A DNA stretch of 45,284 bases from Nitrospirota bacterium (lineage in GTDB: Bacteria; Nitrospirota; Thermodesulfovibrionia; Thermodesulfovibrionales; Dissulfurispiraceae), in the NCBI GenBank assembly GCA_037444915.1, contig JBBILM010000008.1:1-45284 (forward strand), read 5' to 3'. The position numbers were made by a program, and so were the translations under genes. Every line of letters begins with the position of its first letter. Position 1 is the first letter of the stretch. This document shows positions 7,055-18,123 of this stretch, in pieces. The notes under the pieces were generated by a model that was not told where the DNA came from, ran no database searches, and saw nothing but the letters and a program-made list of their open reading frames with translations.

Positions 7055-8848
7055 TTACGCTTGAACCGCCTTTGCTTCTTCAACCATCTTATCTATCTCT
7101 TCAGTTTCCATGGTTTCCCTTTCAAGAAGGTTATTCGCGAATATCTCAAGAATTTCCCTGTTTTCCGTTAAAAGAGTTTTAGCGCTCTCATAAGCGGTTG
7201 TAACTATTCTTTTTATTTCTTCGTCTATCTCGATCGCTGTTTTCTCGCTGTAATCCTTATGTTTGGCTATTTCGCGGCCAAGAAATATCTGCTCATCTTT
7301 TTTGCCGAAAGTTATAGGCCCAAGCCTTTCGCTCATGCCCCATTCAGTAACCATTTTTCTGGCAAGGTCAGTAGCTCTTTCAAGGTCGTTGCCAGCGCCG
7401 GTTGTCATATGATTAAGGGCGATTTCCTCGGCAGCCCTTCCACCCAGAAGCACGTTCAATGTTTTTAAGAGATAATCTCTCGAATAAGTGTACCTGTCAT
7501 CTATCGGAAGCTGCTGGGTGACGCCCAGAGCTCTGCCGCGCGGTATAATGCTCACCTTATGAACAGGATCCGTACCAGGCGTTAATTTGGCTACGAGCGC
7601 GTGACCGGCCTCATGATAAGCGGTATTTCTTTTTTCAGCATCGCTCAACACCATGCTGCGCCTTTCCACACCCATTAAAACCTTGTCTTTGGCAGCGTCA
7701 AAATCCGTCATTTCGACCTTTTCCTTGGATTTTCTCGCAGCAAGAAGCGCTGCTTCATTCACAAGATTTGCAAGATCTGCACCGGAAAAACCCGGGGTTC
7801 CCCTTGCAATTTTATCGAGGCTGACATTTTCGGCAACGGGTATATTTTTGGTATGAACCTTCAGTATTTCCAATCTTCCCCTCACATCAGGCACAGGCAC
7901 AACGATCTGCCTGTCAAACCTGCCTGGCCTTAAAAGCGCGGGATCTAGAACATCGGGCCTGTTGGTTGCGGCTATTATGATAATCCCCTCTTTTCCTTCG
8001 AACCCGTCCATTTCAACAAGAAGCTGATTAAGGGTCTGCTCCCTCTCATCATGTCCACCGCCGAGTCCGGCACCCCTCTGCCTGCCGACTGCGTCAATTT
8101 CGTCTATGAATATTATGCAGGGCGCGCTCTTCTTTGCCTGTTCAAAAAGATCCCTTACCCTGGACGCGCCAACTCCGACAAACATTTCGACAAAGTCAGA
8201 GCCTGACATTGAAAAAAACGGAACGCCTGCCTCGCCTGCTATCGCCCTGGCAAGAAGCGTCTTTCCTGTTCCCGGCGAGCCGACAAGGAGAACGCCTTTG
8301 GGAATCTTTCCGCCGAGCCTGGAGAATTTCTGCGGGTCTTTTAAGAATTCAATAATCTCTTCGACCTCAGCCTTGGCCTCGGCTATTCCGGCAACATCCG
8401 CGAATGTGACCTTTACGGACTTCTCTGAAACCAGCTTTGCCTTTGCCTTTCCAAAGGACATGGCCTTATTGCCGCCCATCTGCATCTGACGCATGAAAAA
8501 TATCCAGATCAGAACAAGGAAAATAATAGGCCCCCACGAAAAGAAAAAGGTCACATACCAGGGGCTTTGATCCGGGGGTTTCGCTGTAATTTTTACATTT
8601 TTATCCCTTAACTCCCTTACAAGATCCGGGTATGTCGCAACATATGTCCTGAACTTGCTGCCGTCTTTAAGCGTGCCTGTGATATAGTTTTCCTTTATCG
8701 TAACTTCATCAACGTCTCCTGATTCGACCTTGGCAATAAATTCAGAAAATATTATTTCCTTTTCAGCCTTCGGGGGAACGCTGAACATGTTGAAAATAAG
8801 AACCATTGTTATGCCGATCAACAGCCAAGCAACTAAACTCTTATACAT
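7055..8848 (-). CDS. ftsH: ATP-dependent zinc metalloprotease FtsH
   Basis: Two N-terminal TM helices, Walker A GSPGTGKT, the AAA second region of homology, and a HEAGH zinc site. Confidence 0.95.
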   Translation of the reverse strand: MYKSLVAWLLIGITMVLIFNMFSVPPKAEKEIIFSEFIAKVESGDVDEVTIKENYITGTLKDGSKFRTYVATYPDLVRELRDKNVKITAKPPDQSPWYVTFFFSWGPIIFLVLIWIFFMRQMQMGGNKAMSFGKAKAKLVSEKSVKVTFADVAGIAEAKAEVEEIIEFLKDPQKFSRLGGKIPKGVLLVGSPGTGKTLLARAIAGEAGVPFFSMSGSDFVEMFVGVGASRVRDLFEQAKKSAPCIIFIDEIDAVGRQRGAGLGGGHDEREQTLNQLLVEMDGFEGKEGIIIIAATNRPDVLDPALLRPGRFDRQIVVPVPDVRGRLEILKVHTKNIPVAENVSLDKIARGTPGFSGADLANLVNEAALLAARKSKEKVEMTDFDAAKDKVLMGVERRSMVLSDAEKRNTAYHEAGHALVAKLTPGTDPVHKVSIIPRGRALGVTQQLPIDDRYTYSRDYLLKTLNVLLGGRAAEEIALNHMTTGAGNDLERATDLARKMVTEWGMSERLGPITFGKKDEQIFLGREIAKHKDYSEKTAIEIDEEIKRIVTTAYESAKTLLTENREILEIFANNLLERETMETEEIDKMVEEAKAVQA

Positions 8849-8977
8849 AATATCCTTACCTCTTATCTTAAATGGATAGCATCTATATTTCAGTTTCTAC
8901 AAAACACCCGACTTTTCATGGACTTTGTCAGGCAATCTTCAGTTTTTAAGATTCGAAAATCCTGAGATGAAGATTTT

Positions 8978-9712
8978 TTAATATTGTAACATATTAGCTT
9001 TGACTATCTCTCTCTGTGTCTTTATTATTTCACCTATGCCTTTTTCAGCAAGAGAGAGCATTTTATTCAGCATATCCCTTGAAAAAGGCGCGGACTCTGC
9101 GGTCCCCTGAATTTCGACTATCTTTCCTTCGCCGGTCATAACAACATTCATATCAACATCCGCGGCTGAGTCTTCTATATAGCAGAGATCAAGTCGCGGT
9201 TCGTTCTTTATGATGCCAACGCTGACCGCGGCAAGATAATCCTTTATGGGATTCCGCTCTATCAGACCGTTTCTTAACGCATTTTGCAATGCATCATTGA
9301 GCGCTATAAAAGCGCCGGATATCGAGGCTGTTCTGGTGCCTCCGTCCGCCTGTATTACATCGCAGTCAATCCATACTGTCCGTTCTCCAAGCATCTCAAG
9401 GTCAATAATTGCCCTCAATGCCCGGCCAATGAGCCTCTGAATTTCATGCGTCCTGCCTCCGACCCTGCCTGAGGTGGACTCCCTCATTATGCGCGCGCTC
9501 GTTGACCTCGGAAGCATTCCATATTCCGCTGTAATCCAGCCTTTTTTCTTGTCCCGCAAAAAATTGGGCACTTTGTCCTCAATAGATGCCGTGCAAATGA
9601 CTCTTGTGTCACCCATTTCTATTAAAACAGACCCTTCAGCTGTTTTAATAAATTTTCTCACAATTTTAAGGTTTCTTAATTCATCGTTTTTCCTGCCATC
9701 AGGTCTCATCAT
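8978..9712 (-). CDS. rph: Ribonuclease PH
   Basis: MRPDGR...L.. start, plus TAEYGMLP and GGTRTA blocks. Confidence 0.9.
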   Translation of the reverse strand: MMRPDGRKNDELRNLKIVRKFIKTAEGSVLIEMGDTRVICTASIEDKVPNFLRDKKKGWITAEYGMLPRSTSARIMRESTSGRVGGRTHEIQRLIGRALRAIIDLEMLGERTVWIDCDVIQADGGTRTASISGAFIALNDALQNALRNGLIERNPIKDYLAAVSVGIIKNEPRLDLCYIEDSAADVDMNVVMTGEGKIVEIQGTAESAPFSRDMLNKMLSLAEKGIGEIIKTQREIVKANMLQY

Positions 9713-9752
9713 ACCTCCGGTAATCGTTGCGCGTGGCGCGATTTCTTTTGCG

Positions 9753-10565
9753 TCACGGTAGTTTTATTTTTTCTATATCCTTGATATCGCTTTGCAGAAA
9801 TCTCTCTCCGACCTTAACAAACTTCTCCGGCGAATCCGTAACAAAAAACTTCCATGTGCCCCTGCCCTGTCCAGTGTTTTGATGCGTTTTTTGAAGCCCC
9901 TTTGCGAGTATCTCCTGTTTTACAACCATTGCGGTCTCAATAGCAGAATCGATTAAAAAAATATTCGCGGACACATCGCTTATTACATCCTTTAACAGTG
10001 GATAATGCGTGCACCCCAAAATAAGTGTATCTATATTTTTATCCAGTATTTCCTTCAAATATCTCTCGACTACCAACCGGGCTATAATGCCGTCTGTCCA
10101 GCCTTCTTCTACCAAAGGCACAAAAAGGGGGCATGCCAGGCTGAACACTTCAATTTCCTTATTCAGCAATTTTATCGCCTTCAGATATGCATTGCTTCTT
10201 ATAGTTGCCTCGGTTCCGATTATGCCGATACGTTTGTTTATTGTCGACCTTGCGGCAGCAGACGAGCCCGGCTCTATCACTCCTATTACAGGAACCGGTA
10301 TATTTTCTCTCATCTGGTAAAGACTTATGGCGGATACGGTGTTGCACGCGACAACAAGCATCTTTATATTCTGCTTAATCAAAAAATCCGCGCATTCAAA
10401 TGAATATCTCGTCACTGTCTCAGGCGACCTTATCCCGTATGGAACCCTTGCTGTGTCGCCAAGGTAAACAATATCCTCATCAGGCAACAACCTGCTCACC
10501 TCTTTAAAAACAGTAAGTCCGCCAATACCTGAATCAAAAATAGCTATTGGATTATTATTAGTCAT
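9753..10565 (-). CDS. murI: Glutamate racemase
   Basis: [17 protein letters not shown] and GCTHYP motifs. Confidence 0.9.
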   Translation of the reverse strand: MTNNNPIAIFDSGIGGLTVFKEVSRLLPDEDIVYLGDTARVPYGIRSPETVTRYSFECADFLIKQNIKMLVVACNTVSAISLYQMRENIPVPVIGVIEPGSSAAARSTINKRIGIIGTEATIRSNAYLKAIKLLNKEIEVFSLACPLFVPLVEEGWTDGIIARLVVERYLKEILDKNIDTLILGCTHYPLLKDVISDVSANIFLIDSAIETAMVVKQEILAKGLQKTHQNTGQGRGTWKFFVTDSPEKFVKVGERFLQSDIKDIEKIKLP

Positions 10566-10662
10566 GAAGTAATTTAATGGCGCTGCAGAAAATTCAAGTC
10601 AGCACAATAACAAGCCGGCAAGTAAAGAAATGCGGCGACCATATTACAGAACGACCGTTGCT

Positions 10663-11286
10663 TTAATTTCCTGCACTTTCAAGTCCGGATGTTTCGTTAA
10701 GCAATCTCTTAATTCCGTACAAAATACTGAAATGTCCGCCGATGCTGTCTGTCTCCTTTCCTTCTATCAACAACCTGACATCATCCACATCCTTAATATT
10801 GGAAATAATGCTGTGATACAGGGATTTCAACAGATAATATTCATCCCGCGCATCTCCTTTAAAGCCCTTCCTGAATGCTTCAGATAAATCTATATAAATT
10901 ATATTATTCCTGTCTCTGTAAAGACCGAGCAGTTTTACGCCATTTAGTATAACATCATTTGCCTTTAAATATTCTGCTAATACTGTCTCAGCCATCTCAA
11001 GCTGAGATGACACTGCGCTAACCTTAATTTCTTTTATTGATACACCTTCCACTGAGCCTTTAGTTATAGAGAATATCTTTAAAATAACATCTTCACCTCT
11101 ATACGGGACACCGGCGCTGTTTTCCTGCTGGCCGTTTAAATTGTCAAGGGTATCTGTTCCAGCTATCCTCTGCTCTTCTTTATAGGAAAGATAGTGTTTT
11201 GCCGAAAGCCAGCCAGAAATTAAGGCTATGATGACGCCTATGCTACTGACAACAGCAATGAGATATTTCTTATTCAATTTCATCAA
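10663..11286 (-). CDS. Membrane-anchored GerMN-domain protein
   Basis: N-terminal TM helix followed by a GerMN-like region (LLGLYRDRNNIIYIDLSEAF..., DVRLLIEGKETDSIGGH). A 4-nt ATGA overlap joins it to the upstream amidase gene. Confidence 0.6.
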   Translation of the reverse strand: MMKLNKKYLIAVVSSIGVIIALISGWLSAKHYLSYKEEQRIAGTDTLDNLNGQQENSAGVPYRGEDVILKIFSITKGSVEGVSIKEIKVSAVSSQLEMAETVLAEYLKANDVILNGVKLLGLYRDRNNIIYIDLSEAFRKGFKGDARDEYYLLKSLYHSIISNIKDVDDVRLLIEGKETDSIGGHFSILYGIKRLLNETSGLESAGN

Positions 11287-12389
11287 TTTTCAACAAGCGC
11301 CTTATCCTTATGCAGGTAGAGCAGGCCATTCACTATGGCAGACGCGATTTTTTCGCTGTTTTTTTTATCATAGCCGAATTTTTCGGGATTCGGCAATTCT
11401 ATTAATAAAGCTTCTGCCCCGACCTGTGTTAATAATGTCAATGGCAATATCTCATGTTTTGTATTAAGCCCTGTCTCTTTTTTTAGGTTTTTTCTTATTT
11501 CATTAGCAACCTTGTCCGCAATGCCTGACACCGGTATTTTTCCTTTGCTTTCATCTCCGGGTTCTCCTTTTTTGAGCGCGGCAGACCTGTTATAAGTATA
11601 AATCGCGAACTCATCTTTAGTTGATGCGTGAATGCTTATCAAAAAAGCAGGAGACTTGCTGTTGGCAAGCCTGATACGTTTTGCCAACGAGACCTGCTGA
11701 TCACCCTTTCTGATTAAAAAAACCTTTTTGCCTCTTTTAATCAGCACATTGGATATTTCATTGGCAACGGCAAGTGCAAGACTTTTTTCAACACTATTTT
11801 CAAAGCGAATGCCGCTGTCATATCCTCCATGACCAGCGTCAACAACAAAAATCTCTGAAGCGCTGCCCTCTGAAAAAGATTGCGCTGGCTTATTATCCTC
11901 CTGAACTTTATTATCCTCCTGACTATTAGAATATGGCTTGCTGTAAACATCAATAACAATGCGGGGCCGCGACAAAAGCTTTGAAACCTTAATATCGCTG
12001 ATATTCAGCAAAGCAATCAAGCAACCTTTCTCTTTGGGAAAGATCGATACGCCTTTAAAAACCTCATAAAACTTATCAGCCTTTATAATTGTTTTTTGCG
12101 AGGTTTCTATTGAGACATTGGCCTGAAAATCAACCTTAATTGTATTGTTTTCTGTCAATTTTACTGACGCTTCTTTAATCAAGCCTTCCGGGGTATCAAA
12201 CACAATCCTCAAAAAATCCTGATGCTCTCCTACTCTTATGGTAACAGTCTGGGGAGAGGAAGTGACTTGGGCGCTTGCAGAAAGCGGATTAAAAAAACAT
12301 ATCAAAATATAACAGACGGCAAAGTATGCCCTAAGGCTGTATTTGCAACCGACATCAATCATCATAAACAAGGATACTAAATGAAACAT
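11283..12389 (-). CDS. N-acetylmuramoyl-L-alanine amidase (AMIN-like N-domain plus Amidase_3)
   Basis: VVDAGHGGYDSG and ISIHA blocks. An N-terminal signal is followed by an AMIN-like beta domain. The exact start is uncertain. Confidence 0.8.
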   Translation of the reverse strand: MFHLVSLFMMIDVGCKYSLRAYFAVCYILICFFNPLSASAQVTSSPQTVTIRVGEHQDFLRIVFDTPEGLIKEASVKLTENNTIKVDFQANVSIETSQKTIIKADKFYEVFKGVSIFPKEKGCLIALLNISDIKVSKLLSRPRIVIDVYSKPYSNSQEDNKVQEDNKPAQSFSEGSASEIFVVDAGHGGYDSGIRFENSVEKSLALAVANEISNVLIKRGKKVFLIRKGDQQVSLAKRIRLANSKSPAFLISIHASTKDEFAIYTYNRSAALKKGEPGDESKGKIPVSGIADKVANEIRKNLKKETGLNTKHEILPLTLLTQVGAEALLIELPNPEKFGYDKKNSEKIASAIVNGLLYLHKDKALVEN

Positions 12390-12440
12390 CCAAGATGCAA
12401 CTTGATATTATCGGTTCTGATTAATTAAACTTAATAGCAA

Positions 12441-14462
12441 TTGAGACTGAATCGCAATTTGACAGATACGAGAGATGGAGGAAAATTGAAGGAAAATACA
12501 TCGCATGCAAGGCATAAAGGCAGTTCTTTAGAAAAAATAGCCCTCATCGGCAATCCCAATGTGGGCAAGAGCGTGATCTTTGGTCTGCTCACGGGTAAAT
12601 ACGTAACTGTATCGAATTATCCCGGCACAACAGTAGAAGTTACACAAGGCAACATATCACTTAACAGCAAGAAACTGGTTTTGATCGATACGCCTGGCGT
12701 AAACAGCCTGATACCAATGAGCGAGGATGAAAAGGTTACAAGAGATATCCTCTTAAAAGATGCGCCTGCGTCTGTGCTGCAGGTAGGAGACGCGAAAAAT
12801 CTCAAGCGAACCCTCTTGATAACTCTTCAGCTTGCTGAGATGGGCATTCCATTAACCCTTGATTTAAACATGATTGATGAGGCCATGGACAAGGGAATCA
12901 CCATTGATGCGGTAAAACTTAAAGAACTTTTAGGCACCGATGTGATAAGCACAATAGCGCCGCAACGAAAAGGCATAAAAGAACTAAAAGATTCGATGTT
13001 AAAGCCTGCTGTCCCTTCAATGCAGGTAAAGTATGACCCTGTGATCGAAGGATATATAGAAAAGATTTCCGCGCACCTGCCGGCAACAAGCCTATCAAAA
13101 CGCTCTCTGTCAGTAATGATTCTGTCTGACGACGAAAGCCTGAGAGACTGGTTAAAGGTGAATTTAAGTGAATCTGATCTGTCAAAAATAGAGAAGCTGA
13201 GGGATGAGTGCAAACTGAAGTTCACTGAATCAATAGCATATTCAATCAACAAAAGACGCATAGAAGTATCAGAACATATAGCCAATCAGGTCATAACAAG
13301 GGCAGCTCCTGAAAGCGGTCAGATTTTAAGCTTTATTGGAAGAATAAGCATGCATCCTGTTTACGGCATTGCTGTCTTGCTTGCAGTCCTGTACGGCCTT
13401 TTTCAATTTGTAGGGGTTTTTGGAGCGGGAACCCTTGTTGATTTCGTAGAGGAATCCATATTTAATGAATATATTAACCCGGCCGCAATAAAGATAGTTG
13501 AGTCGATCGTACCCGCAGGCATATTGCAGGAACTTCTCGTAGGCGAATACGGGCTTATAACAGTGGCGCTAACATATGCGGTAGCGATAATACTTCCCAT
13601 AACAGCAACCTTCTTTATTGCGTTTGCAATTCTTGAAGACAGCGGCTATCTTCCGAGACTCGCCATCATGAGCAACAAGATATTCAATTTAATGGGACTG
13701 AACGGAAAGGCCGTATTGCCAATGGTTTTGGGTCTGGGCTGCGGCACAATGGCGGTTATGACATCCAGAATACTCGAGACAAAAAGAGACCGTATAATTA
13801 CGACATTTCTTTTAGCCCTTGCAATACCCTGTTCAGCCCAGTTGGGCGTCATCCTCGGCATGCTCAGCGCCCTTTCATTAAAGGCAACAGTTGTCTGGAT
13901 ATTAAGCATCACTATAGTAATTTTCATATCAGGTTTTCTCGCTTCAAAAATAGTATCAGGAGAGAGAACTGAGTTCTTTCTCGAAATACCGCCCATAAGA
14001 CTCCCGAACCTTATAAACATAGCAGTCAAAACAATAGGAAGGGTAGAATGGTATTTGAAAGAGGCCGTCCCCCTATTCATGCTCGGAACTTTAATTCTAT
14101 TCATACTCAACAAATTCAACCTGCTTGTTTTACTCGAAAAAATAACATCACCGATTACCGTAAATCTGCTCGGGCTGCCGGCAAAAACAGCAGAGGCGTT
14201 TATACTCGGCTTTCTGCGAAGAGATTATGGCGCTGCCGGATTGTTCACGATGTCTCAGGACGGTCTTTTAACGCCAATACAATCGGTTGTCAGCCTTGTT
14301 ACAATAACACTCTTTGTTCCGTGTCTCGCGAATTTCTTTATGATAATAAAGGAAAGAGGGGTTAAAACAGCCCTCTATATAATAACTATAGTATTTCCGA
14401 GCGCATTTTTATTCGGCGGCGCGTTGAATTGGATATTAAGAAACTTTAATATAACCCTGTAA
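12441..14462 (+). CDS. feoB: Ferrous iron transporter FeoB
   Basis: G-domain IALIGNPNVGKS, DTPG and a polytopic C-terminal permease. There is no ATG before the G1 motif. The start is likely TTG at 12441, or TTG at 12486 which is preceded by GGAGG. Confidence 0.9.
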   Translation: MRLNRNLTDTRDGGKLKENTSHARHKGSSLEKIALIGNPNVGKSVIFGLLTGKYVTVSNYPGTTVEVTQGNISLNSKKLVLIDTPGVNSLIPMSEDEKVTRDILLKDAPASVLQVGDAKNLKRTLLITLQLAEMGIPLTLDLNMIDEAMDKGITIDAVKLKELLGTDVISTIAPQRKGIKELKDSMLKPAVPSMQVKYDPVIEGYIEKISAHLPATSLSKRSLSVMILSDDESLRDWLKVNLSESDLSKIEKLRDECKLKFTESIAYSINKRRIEVSEHIANQVITRAAPESGQILSFIGRISMHPVYGIAVLLAVLYGLFQFVGVFGAGTLVDFVEESIFNEYINPAAIKIVESIVPAGILQELLVGEYGLITVALTYAVAIILPITATFFIAFAILEDSGYLPRLAIMSNKIFNLMGLNGKAVLPMVLGLGCGTMAVMTSRILETKRDRIITTFLLALAIPCSAQLGVILGMLSALSLKATVVWILSITIVIFISGFLASKIVSGERTEFFLEIPPIRLPNLINIAVKTIGRVEWYLKEAVPLFMLGTLILFILNKFNLLVLLEKITSPITVNLLGLPAKTAEAFILGFLRRDYGAAGLFTMSQDGLLTPIQSVVSLVTITLFVPCLANFFMIIKERGVKTALYIITIVFPSAFLFGGALNWILRNFNITL

Positions 14463-14500
14463 GTTAAAGTCCGGTTTGCACGTTAAACAGAGGTCATTAA

Positions 14501-14920
14501 ATGGGAAAAGCGGTTTTCAAAGATTTTTTATACACAAAAGGGCTTAAGCTCACAAAAGAGCGCGATGAAATACTAAATGAGATACTTCTGACAAGAGGCC
14601 ATTTCGATCCCGATAAATTATATATACAACTTAAAAACAAAGGGTCTAAGGTTTCAAGGGCATCGGTTTACAGAACCATACCCCTGCTTATACAAAGCGG
14701 CATACTGGAACAGGTTGAGAGAATCGAACGCCATGCTCATTATGAAAAAATATCAGACAACCATCATGATCACATGATCTGCACAAAATGCGGAAAGGTT
14801 ATCGAATTTCATTCGCCTGACCTCGAAACCCTGCAGGAGGAGTTATGCTTGAAGGAAAAGTTTAAAAGCATAAGGCACAGTCTCGAGATTTTTGGATACT
14901 GCGATAAATGTAATAATTAA
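14501..14920 (+). CDS. fur: Fur-family metalloregulator
   Basis: Winged-helix N-domain (SRASVYRT), HHDH, and CxxC...CDKC metal sites. Confidence 0.8.
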   Translation: MGKAVFKDFLYTKGLKLTKERDEILNEILLTRGHFDPDKLYIQLKNKGSKVSRASVYRTIPLLIQSGILEQVERIERHAHYEKISDNHHDHMICTKCGKVIEFHSPDLETLQEELCLKEKFKSIRHSLEIFGYCDKCNN

Positions 14921-14969
14921 AGAAATTCGCGAGATTGAACTAATCCGCAAAATTAAACTATAATTCATA

Positions 14970-15221
14970 ATGTCATCAGTTTTTTTGATAACCCTGCTTA
15001 CATTTGCAATACACATACCTTTCGGCTATATGAGAAGCCGTTCAAGAAAGTATTCGTTTAAGTGGTTCGTTTACATTCATATCCCAATACCGTTTATTGT
15101 GGCAGTGAGGATAATCACTCATACTGACTACAAATACATACCAATATTTGTCATAGCCGCGATTGCCGGACAATATGTCGGCGGCAGGATACCGTATCAA
15201 ATATATAAAGCCACTCTTTAG
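14970..15221 (+). CDS. Small hydrophobic protein (about 3 TM helices), unknown function
   Basis: The ORF fills the fur-to-adh gap exactly and is strongly hydrophobic. I recognise no family. Confidence 0.4.
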   Translation: MSSVFLITLLTFAIHIPFGYMRSRSRKYSFKWFVYIHIPIPFIVAVRIITHTDYKYIPIFVIAAIAGQYVGGRIPYQIYKATL

Positions 15222-15233
15222 AAGGCGCAGAGT

Positions 15234-16247
15234 ATGCTTGCAACTTATCTCGTAAAACCCGGAACTATCGAATTAAGAGAAACAGATATTCCCAGACCAT
15301 CTGAAGGGGAGGTCTTGATAAATATCAGGGCCGCCCTAACCTGCGGCACTGATCTCAAGGCATTCATGAGGGGTCATCCAATGATACCCATGCCAGGAGT
15401 TTTTGGTCATGAATTTTCAGGGATAATAGCCGAGACAGGAAAAGGGGTAAAAAAATTCAAATCCGGTGATGAGGTCATGACCGTTCACAGCGCGCCTTGC
15501 CTGAAATGCAGGTATTGCAGGAAAAGAATATACAACATGTGCCAAGACATCATGAACGACAAGGTGTTAGGCGCATTTGCGGAATATATTATTCTGCCTT
15601 CGCACATAACCAAACAAAACCTCTTTCTTAAGCCGTCAAATTTAAGCTTTGAAGAGGCAGCTTTCCTTGAGCCACTGTCCTGCGTTGTGCACGGTATGCA
15701 GGGGCTTAATATCAAAAAAAGCAGCAATGTATTAATAATCGGAACAGGGCCTATCGGACTCCTTCACCTTTCCCTGGCAAAACTAAAAGGCGCAAAGGTC
15801 GTTATAACAGGACTTGAGCAGGAGCGGCTTATGACCGCTAAAAAGCTCGGCGCAGATATGGCCGTAGCTCCATCAGAGCTAATGGCCTCTATAAGTGAGA
15901 CTACAAACGGCATGGGTTTTGATTTTATTTTTGAGTGTACGGGTCAGTTGGATGTCTGGGAAACCGCTGTCAAATATTCAAGAAGAGGCGGAACCATAAT
16001 ACTCTTTGGAGGCGTTAAACAGGGAACAGTTGTAACCTATGATACATACAGGCTTCATTATGATGAACTAACCATTAAAGGGGTTTTCCACTTCAGCCCT
16101 CAAGATGTCAAAACAGCCTATAGAATCCTGAGAGACACACTTGATGTATCCCCTCTTATTAGCGGACGTTATCCATTAACAGGGCTCCAAACCGCGCTTA
16201 AGAAACTTTCAATGGGTGAAGGAATAAAATACGCCATTGTTCCATAG
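15234..16247 (+). CDS. Zinc-dependent medium-chain alcohol/polyol dehydrogenase family protein
   Basis: GHEFSG zinc site, a C-x2-C-x2-C-x7-C structural zinc loop, and a GTGPIG Rossmann motif. Confidence 0.8.
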   Translation: MLATYLVKPGTIELRETDIPRPSEGEVLINIRAALTCGTDLKAFMRGHPMIPMPGVFGHEFSGIIAETGKGVKKFKSGDEVMTVHSAPCLKCRYCRKRIYNMCQDIMNDKVLGAFAEYIILPSHITKQNLFLKPSNLSFEEAAFLEPLSCVVHGMQGLNIKKSSNVLIIGTGPIGLLHLSLAKLKGAKVVITGLEQERLMTAKKLGADMAVAPSELMASISETTNGMGFDFIFECTGQLDVWETAVKYSRRGGTIILFGGVKQGTVVTYDTYRLHYDELTIKGVFHFSPQDVKTAYRILRDTLDVSPLISGRYPLTGLQTALKKLSMGEGIKYAIVP

Positions 16248-16277
16248 ACTGACGAATTAATTTCCGCATTATTCGGG

Positions 16278-16997
16278 CTAATCATTCTTTATAACAATGA
16301 GCGAAATATTATCCCTGCCGCCCTTATTGTTCGCCTCATTTACCAGTTCATCTGCCGCTGCATTAATATCATCATAGTTCTTCTTAATAATATTCATAAT
16401 CCCCCCGTCATCTATCATATCCGTAAGTCCGTCTGAGCAAAGGATAAGAATATCCCCTTTTTTGATTTCCAATCGAAATAATTCAGGCTCAATGTATTCT
16501 GATATGCCGAGCGCGCGGGTGAGTATGTGCCTGTAGTATCCTGAAATATCGTTTTTCGTTAAAAGCCCTTTCTGAAAAAACTCCTCTGCCACTGTATGGT
16601 CTATTGTTAATTGCCTGATTTCATCCCTTACCAGATAAGCCCTGCTGTCACCTACATTGCATATATTAGCCTCATCCTCTTGAATCAGCACAGCCACAAA
16701 AGTAGTTCCCATACCGCTTAAAGAAGCATCAGTTCTTGATTTTTTGAATACTGCCATGTTGGCTGTATATGCTGCTCCGGCAAGAAGCTTTTCAGCGCCT
16801 GCTTCCGTTATTTCACCCAAATGGTCTTTAAGATATTCATGCGCCTCCTTAACGGCAATAGCGCTTGCAACCTCGCCTGCCTGATGACCGCCCATGCCAT
16901 CAGCCAGAATAAAGATGCCTGATTCAGCATCAGATAGGATGGCGTCCTCATTCATATCCCGTACTCTTCCGGTATCTGTTTTAAAAGCTGTTTTCAT
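16278..16997 (-). CDS. PP2C-family Ser/Thr protein phosphatase
   Basis: RDMNEDA, LADGMGGHQAGEVAS, LCSDGL and GGRDNIS motifs. Confidence 0.85.
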   Translation of the reverse strand: MKTAFKTDTGRVRDMNEDAILSDAESGIFILADGMGGHQAGEVASAIAVKEAHEYLKDHLGEITEAGAEKLLAGAAYTANMAVFKKSRTDASLSGMGTTFVAVLIQEDEANICNVGDSRAYLVRDEIRQLTIDHTVAEEFFQKGLLTKNDISGYYRHILTRALGISEYIEPELFRLEIKKGDILILCSDGLTDMIDDGGIMNIIKKNYDDINAAADELVNEANNKGGRDNISLIVIKND

Positions 16998-17172
16998 AGT
17001 GGTTGTTGGGAAGGAATAATTTACATACCATAATTAGAGCCGCAATAAAAAGGCTAAAGTTTGACTTGTTAAGTTCAGCTCCTGCCATTTTGCATCCCGT
17101 GAAATTTGTCGCACAGCCTTGAAAATCAATATTCTGCAAAGCTCTTAAATTTTAGTACCGCAATTTCATCAT

Positions 17173-17188
17173 TCCCGTGAAAACGGGA
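17173..17188. repeat. REP-like GNRA-tetraloop hairpin (tcccgt-gaaa-acggga) within a 450-nt divergent intergenic region
   Basis: Read directly. A half-copy tcccgtgaaa lies about 85 nt upstream (17095-17104). Confidence 0.5.
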
Positions 17189-17457
17189 CTTAAGCTTCTT
17201 ATGCGTAGCTCCCTGCTCCCTGCTTACTGCCTGCTGGGACACGCTTCGCCGGAGCGTCATCTTAAACCCCTTCAGTTATAGAACAGCCGCTTATGACTAT
17301 TATTTATAAATTCTTTACAGGAGTCAAATTTATCGCAACACACGGTAACATAGTGGCAAGAGCAGATATAAGTCTTTCTAATTCAGAATTCCTAAAAGTT
17401 CAATGAAATCTGCTTACGACTTGCACGATACAGATTAAAACATGTAATTTATTGATT

Positions 17458-18012
17458 ATGGATACCTTAAAAATTATCGAAAAATACTATGATACTGATT
17501 CAAAAGCCTATTATTACTTGATCCACCATGGAAGGCTCGTTGCGAAAAAGGCTCTGGAGATAGCCGAAAGACTCGGAGAATTAAACCCCGACCTAAAATT
17601 CATTGAAGAGGCTGCAATGCTGCATGATATAGGGATATTTATGACTCACGCGCCAAAGATTGGGTGCTTTGGATTTCATCCTTATATTTCTCATGGTTAT
17701 TTGGGCAGGGAACTTCTCGAAAAGGAAGGGCTGCCAGAACACGCCCTTGTTTGCGAACGGCATGTTGGAATGGGCATTACGATAGATGACATTGAAACTA
17801 ACAAATTTCCCATTCCAAAAAGAGACATGACTCCATTAACTCTTGAAGAAAAAATCATCTGTTTTGCGGACAAATTTTACTCCAAGGATGAAAACAGCCT
17901 GACTGCTGAAAAACCTGTTGCAAGGATAAGGGAAATCATATCTCAATTCGGCGACAACAAATTAAGGCAGTTCGACGAGTGGCTCCTTTTTTTTAAAGAA
18001 CCACTTACTTAA
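17458..18012 (+). CDS. HD-domain phosphohydrolase
   Basis: The LHDIG motif with downstream His/Asp residues. ATG at 17458 is preferred over the TTG at 17452 used in the ORF track. Confidence 0.75.
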   Translation: MDTLKIIEKYYDTDSKAYYYLIHHGRLVAKKALEIAERLGELNPDLKFIEEAAMLHDIGIFMTHAPKIGCFGFHPYISHGYLGRELLEKEGLPEHALVCERHVGMGITIDDIETNKFPIPKRDMTPLTLEEKIICFADKFYSKDENSLTAEKPVARIREIISQFGDNKLRQFDEWLLFFKEPLT

Positions 18013-18123
18013 CCAAAAAATGCTTTTAACCCTTCTATTGAGCAGGTATAAATACCTGAATAGGCTTTGTTTGCAACTCATTTGAACATGCACTATATAA
18101 CTGCATTTTTTATTAATAGAGCA

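Noticed and set aside
11889-11924. 18-nt tandem duplication (16/18 identical) in the amidase gene, encoding a QEDNK(V/P) repeat
   Set aside because: It sits in the low-complexity linker between the AMIN-like and catalytic domains. This is ordinary linker slippage and not a regulatory repeat.
12390-12470. Fur box upstream of feoB
   Set aside because: I found only weak AT-rich partial matches (tgatattatc, and attaa-N6-ttaat). Nothing approaches the 19-bp GATAATGATAATCATTATC consensus, so I am not reporting it as a feature.
12827-14119. Long antisense ORFs inside feoB (152 aa and 157 aa). Similar cases lie inside pdxJ (2714-3148), thiC (18950-19432), thiG (21053-21484), lpdA (40107-40928), eno (38457-38849) and the kinase gene (27225-27617).
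   Set aside because: They are low-complexity, Ser/Leu/Ile-rich shadow frames opposite genes with unambiguous family signatures. None has an RBS or a recognisable motif.
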